Source: Methanobacteriota archaeon (GTDB taxonomy: Archaea > Methanobacteriota > Methanobacteria > Methanobacteriales > Methanobacteriaceae). From it: a stretch of DNA of 64,000 nucleotides. The notes below the pieces were generated by a model, which was not told the DNA's origin, did no database searches, and saw nothing but the letters and a program-made list of their open reading frames with translations. Shown piece after piece: positions 60,271-64,000 of the stretch. The stretch spans positions 128,001 through 192,000 of the forward strand of contig CAWBCJ010000025.1 in assembly GCA_963787255.1 (NCBI GenBank), read 5' to 3'. How positions within the stretch are numbered: the first letter of the stretch is position 1; every line of letters starts with the position of its first letter. Made by a program: the position numbers and the translations under genes.

Positions 60271-60759
60271 ATGGTTATGATAACTGTTAAAGAGGCAATG
60301 CAAAAAGATGTTATAAAATTTAAAGATGTAGACACAATAAGCTATGTTGCTAATACTTTAAGGGAAAAGAAGATAAGTGGAGCTCCAATAGTTGAGGATA
60401 ATAATAAAATTATTGGTATTGTAAGTGAAGGGGACATAATGAGACTTATTGAGGTTCATACTCCTAATATTAATCTGATTTTACCTGCACCTCTTGATTT
60501 AATTGAATTACCTGTTAGGATGCGCCTTGAACTTGATGAACTAGCAGAAGGTGTTGCTAAAGCTTCTGCTGTTCTTGTTGGAGAAATAATGACAAAAGAT
60601 GTCTTGAAGGCTAAAGAAGACATGTCAATTTCCGATGCTGCAAAGATTATGGATAAACATGACATAAACAGACTTCCAGTTGCAGATGAAGAAGATAAAT
60701 TAATTGGAATTGTAACAAGGGGAGATATTATAGGTGCTCTGGTGAAGAGGGATGAGTAA
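60271..60759 (+). CDS. CBS domain pair protein
   Basis: VKEAM, ISGAPIV..GIVSEGDI, VGEIMT, INRLPV..GIVTRGDI. Confidence 0.92.
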   Translation: MVMITVKEAMQKDVIKFKDVDTISYVANTLREKKISGAPIVEDNNKIIGIVSEGDIMRLIEVHTPNINLILPAPLDLIELPVRMRLELDELAEGVAKASAVLVGEIMTKDVLKAKEDMSISDAAKIMDKHDINRLPVADEEDKLIGIVTRGDIIGALVKRDE

Positions 60760-61549
60760 AACCAAACGAATAGCTATATATGGTAAAGGGGGAATTGGAA
60801 AATCTACAATCGTTTCCAACATTGCTGCGGCATACTCTGAAGATTATAATGTCCTTGTAATTGGCTGCGATCCAAAAGCGGATACAACACGGACCCTTGT
60901 GGGGAAACGAATACCTACAATATTGGATATTGTAAAAGAGAAAAAGGATGCATCTTGTGTAGATATTGTTTATACTGGATTTGGTGAAGTGCAGTGTGTA
61001 GAAAGCGGAGGTCCGGAACCTGGTGTTGGTTGTGCTGGAAGGGGTGTTATCGTTGCGATGAAACTTCTGGACAAGCTGGGGGTTTTTTCTGAAGATGTGG
61101 ATATTATTATTTATGATGTCCTTGGAGATGTGGTCTGTGGAGGATTTGCTGTTCCTTTAAGGGAGGATTTTGCAGATGAAGTTTATATTGTGACTTCTGG
61201 AGAATATATGGCTTTATATGCGGCTAATAATATATGTAGGGGTATTAAAAAGCTTAAAAGTAATCTGGGTGGAATTATCTGTAACTGTAGGGGAATTGAA
61301 AATGAGATTCAAATTGTAACTGAATTTGCAGAAAGAGTTGGAAGCAAGGTTATTGGGGTTATACCTCGAAGTGAAATGGTTCAAAAAAGTGAAATTGATG
61401 CAAAAACTGTGGTAGAAAAATTTGGGGAATCAGAACAGGCAAATTTATATAGAAAACTTTCAGGAGCTGTGTATTCTAATAAAGATTTTGTTATTCCTGA
61501 GCCAATGGATATAGAAGATTTTGACATGTTTTTTAGAAAATTTCAATAA
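60752..61549 (+). CDS. cfbC: Ni-sirohydrochlorin a,c-diamide reductive cyclase, ATP-dependent reductase (NifH-like)
   Basis: YGKGGIGKS, GCDPKAD, ESGGPEPGVGCAGRG, DVLGDVVCGGF; no nifDK nearby; methanogen context. Confidence 0.85.
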   Translation: MSKTKRIAIYGKGGIGKSTIVSNIAAAYSEDYNVLVIGCDPKADTTRTLVGKRIPTILDIVKEKKDASCVDIVYTGFGEVQCVESGGPEPGVGCAGRGVIVAMKLLDKLGVFSEDVDIIIYDVLGDVVCGGFAVPLREDFADEVYIVTSGEYMALYAANNICRGIKKLKSNLGGIICNCRGIENEIQIVTEFAERVGSKVIGVIPRSEMVQKSEIDAKTVVEKFGESEQANLYRKLSGAVYSNKDFVIPEPMDIEDFDMFFRKFQ

Positions 61550-61558
61550 ATAAATTTA

Positions 61559-62059
61559 TTATTTTATTGTTGTTACAATAGTATCTACAGCTCTATCTAT
61601 TTCTTTTCTTGATGAAATTAGTTTTTTGGAATTCCAACCAGGGAAAGCCCAACTTATCAAGCAATAACATTTATTATTTTTTTGGAGGAAATATTCATCT
61701 TGAATATCACCATTATTGTTATTCATGGTCTTTATAACTTTAATGTCTATTCCATTTGTTGTTCGTGTTTCCTTTTTTACGTTATAGGTGCCTGTATCGG
61801 TAGTTAATGCTTTATTGTATTCAGAATCTAATTTTTCTTTGTTTTTTAATTCTATTACTCTAATTCGTGGATCTCCTTTCATCCAGATTACAGTACCCTC
61901 TCCGGGCATTGGGTGAACTTCCCATCCTTCAGGCATCTGAAAATTAACATAATCACTACCATATACTTTAGAATCCTTTTTTGACTCTGTATTACTTGTA
62001 CAACCAAAAATGGTTGCTGTTACTAGAACGATTGTCAAAATTATAATTTCATTTTTCAT
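61559..62059 (-). CDS. Lipoprotein (PsbP-like)
   Basis: Lipobox IFGC; VNFQMPEGW motif. Confidence 0.65.
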   Translation of the reverse strand: MKNEIIILTIVLVTATIFGCTSNTESKKDSKVYGSDYVNFQMPEGWEVHPMPGEGTVIWMKGDPRIRVIELKNKEKLDSEYNKALTTDTGTYNVKKETRTTNGIDIKVIKTMNNNNGDIQDEYFLQKNNKCYCLISWAFPGWNSKKLISSRKEIDRAVDTIVTTIK

Positions 62060-62234
62060 TTAAACCTAAATCATACTATGTTAATACAATTATATAATAA
62101 TTACTTATTAATTAATTATAAAAATAACGTTGATTAGTACCTTTAATAAAACCAAAAGGTATTTAAATTGATGATAATAGCGTATTAATAGAATTTAATG
62201 AAAAAAAAGATAAACATCATGGACAATTTTTAAA

Positions 62235-62657
62235 TTAACCTATAAATTTCTCAATGTTCAATGCAAATTTATTAAAAGCGTTTAAAACCCATTTTTCAGT
62301 ATCATCATAATTATCAAAATAGAAAAGATGTGAATCACATTTACAATCTGAACAGCCGAATTTAATAACTGGAGATCCTTTAATAGAAACTTCCCCCGCA
62401 ACATTACATTCCCATTTTTCAGGACTTCTTTCAAGCACAACTTCTTTTATAGACGCATTTGGAGAAGCTAAAAAATAATCAACATGCCAAAATATTTTTT
62501 TTTCGATTTTTAGATGCCTTTTGATCCTTGCATCAATTGAATTAAGTGCAGAGCCTGTATATACATAATAACCCTTTTTAAAATCTAATTCTCCAATTTT
62601 ACCTACAGAAATCCTTGAATCATTGTTTAATCTAATTATCAGACAGTAAGTAGCCAT
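62235..62657 (-). CDS. GIY-YIG (Uri/DUF123) nuclease family protein
   Basis: GYYVYTGSA, RIKRH, WHVDY, FGCSDCKCDSHL. Confidence 0.88.
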   Translation of the reverse strand: MATYCLIIRLNNDSRISVGKIGELDFKKGYYVYTGSALNSIDARIKRHLKIEKKIFWHVDYFLASPNASIKEVVLERSPEKWECNVAGEVSIKGSPVIKFGCSDCKCDSHLFYFDNYDDTEKWVLNAFNKFALNIEKFIG

Positions 62658-62877
62658 ATACTATAATAATTGCCTTTACTTAATATACTTTTAAAAATGA
62701 AAAAGCCGTATATTATAATTCATATTCATTTTAGAGAAAAATTAAAGGATTAATTTTTAAATAGTATGTTTTTATTTAACAAAATTTTAAAGGGAGTAAC
62801 AAATTTAAATAAATGATAGTTATAATATTTGTTTAGATTAAACAATTATAAAAATTCAAATATATGAGAGGATTAAA

Positions 62878-63762
62878 ATGAAAGGTATAATACTTGCAGG
62901 TGGGTCGGGTACACGACTTTATCCAATTACTAAAGCTGTTTCCAAACAGTTACTTCCTATTTATGATAAACCAATGATATATTATCCATTATCAGTTCTT
63001 ATGCTAGCAGGAATCCGGGAAATACTTATTATTTCCACTCCCCGAGACTTACCACTCTATAAAGAATTGCTTGGAGATGGCAGTGACTTAGGACTATCCT
63101 TTTCTTATGTCGAACAAGATAAGCCTAGAGGATTGGCAGATGCTTTTATTGTAGGAGAAGAATTTATTGGTGATGATGATGTAGCATTGGTGCTGGGAGA
63201 TAACATATTCCATGGTCATAGATTTAGTGAGATATTAAAAAGGGCTGCATCAGTAAAAGAAGGTGCCGTTATTTTTGGATATTATGTTAAAGATCCAAAA
63301 GCATTTGGGGTAGTTGAGTTTGATGATGAAGGTAATGTGCTTTCTCTTGAAGAAAAACCAGAGAATCCAAAATCAAATTATGTTATTCCCGGACTTTATT
63401 TCTATAATAATGAGGTAATTGAAATAGCTAAAAATGTAAAACCCTCAGATCGAGGAGAAATTGAAATCACCTCTGTAAATGAGGCTTATTTAAAGAAAAA
63501 GCAGCTAAAAGTTGAATTATTAGGCCGGGGGATGGCATGGTTAGATACAGGGACGCATATCGGGCTTTTAGAAGCCAGTAATTTTGTGGAAGCTATACAG
63601 AAAAGACAGGGATTTTATATAGCATGTTTAGAGGAAATTGCCTTTAATAATGGGTGGATAAATGAAGATAAAGTTTTAAAATTAGCTAAAAGTTTAGAAA
63701 AAACTGAATATAGCAAATATCTTATTGATTTGATTAATAATGACCATATAAATCAAATATAA
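62878..63762 (+). CDS. rfbA: Glucose-1-phosphate thymidylyltransferase
   Basis: [47 protein letters not shown]. Confidence 0.97.
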   Translation: MKGIILAGGSGTRLYPITKAVSKQLLPIYDKPMIYYPLSVLMLAGIREILIISTPRDLPLYKELLGDGSDLGLSFSYVEQDKPRGLADAFIVGEEFIGDDDVALVLGDNIFHGHRFSEILKRAASVKEGAVIFGYYVKDPKAFGVVEFDDEGNVLSLEEKPENPKSNYVIPGLYFYNNEVIEIAKNVKPSDRGEIEITSVNEAYLKKKQLKVELLGRGMAWLDTGTHIGLLEASNFVEAIQKRQGFYIACLEEIAFNNGWINEDKVLKLAKSLEKTEYSKYLIDLINNDHINQI

Positions 63763-63784
63763 AAGTTGAAGGAGAATTTTTTTT

Positions 63785-64000
63785 ATGGGCAAATTTGAGT
63801 TTATAAAAACATCCATTGAAGGTGTTTATGTTATTGAACCTACTGTATTTGGTGATGAACGTGGTTATTTTATGGAAACATACCACGCTGGTGAATTTAA
63901 AGAAGAAGGGCTTGATGTTCTATTTGTTCAGGATAATCAATCTAAATCGAGAAAAGGGGTTCTTAGGGGGCTTCATTTCCAATATAACAAGCCTCAGGGT
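63785..64000 (+). CDS. rfbC: dTDP-4-dehydrorhamnose 3,5-epimerase (5' part; runs off the window)
   Basis: Manual translation MGKFEFIKTSIEGVYVIEPTVFGDERGYFMETY...FVQDNQSKSRKGVLRGLHFQ. Confidence 0.93.
   Translation, partial: MGKFEFIKTSIEGVYVIEPTVFGDERGYFMETYHAGEFKEEGLDVLFVQDNQSKSRKGVLRGLHFQYNKPQG

Noticed and set aside
60752-61549. Nitrogenase iron protein NifH
   Set aside because: No nifI, nifD or nifK adjacent; the short form in a methanogen fits CfbC better

Overview
AT-rich, gene-dense core chromosomal segment of a hydrogenotrophic methanogen, most consistent with Methanobacterium (Methanobacteriales). The assignment rests on connectase/DUF2121, MtxX/Mmp4, CfbC, ArfB/ArfC, the split PolB small subunit, S8e, L37e, SRP19 and Lsm. 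It carries tetrapyrrole/F430 (hemB, hemL, hemD, cobA, cbiC, cfbC), purine (purC, purS, purQ, purF), flavin (arfB, arfC), CoA (pantoate kinase), aroC, pheS, glmS, uppS and rfbA/rfbC genes, plus a 7-PAS histidine kinase and scattered accessory genes. I found no rRNA, tRNA, CRISPR array or intact mobile element, and no complete new multi-gene system that I can demonstrate. The best leads are: (i) six single-base insertions breaking four conserved genes, four at GATC and two at CG, suggesting a methylation footprint in the assembly; (ii) two genes apparently starting at AUA; (iii) a holin-like/NPP phosphodiesterase fusion within a phosphoesterase cluster; (iv) two membrane proteins sharing a Zn-ribbon module, one with a degenerate NERD nuclease; (v) several microproteins below the ORF-track cutoff; (vi) a possible integrase relic among lipoprotein genes. 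All calls come from motif recognition by eye; no database searches were run.
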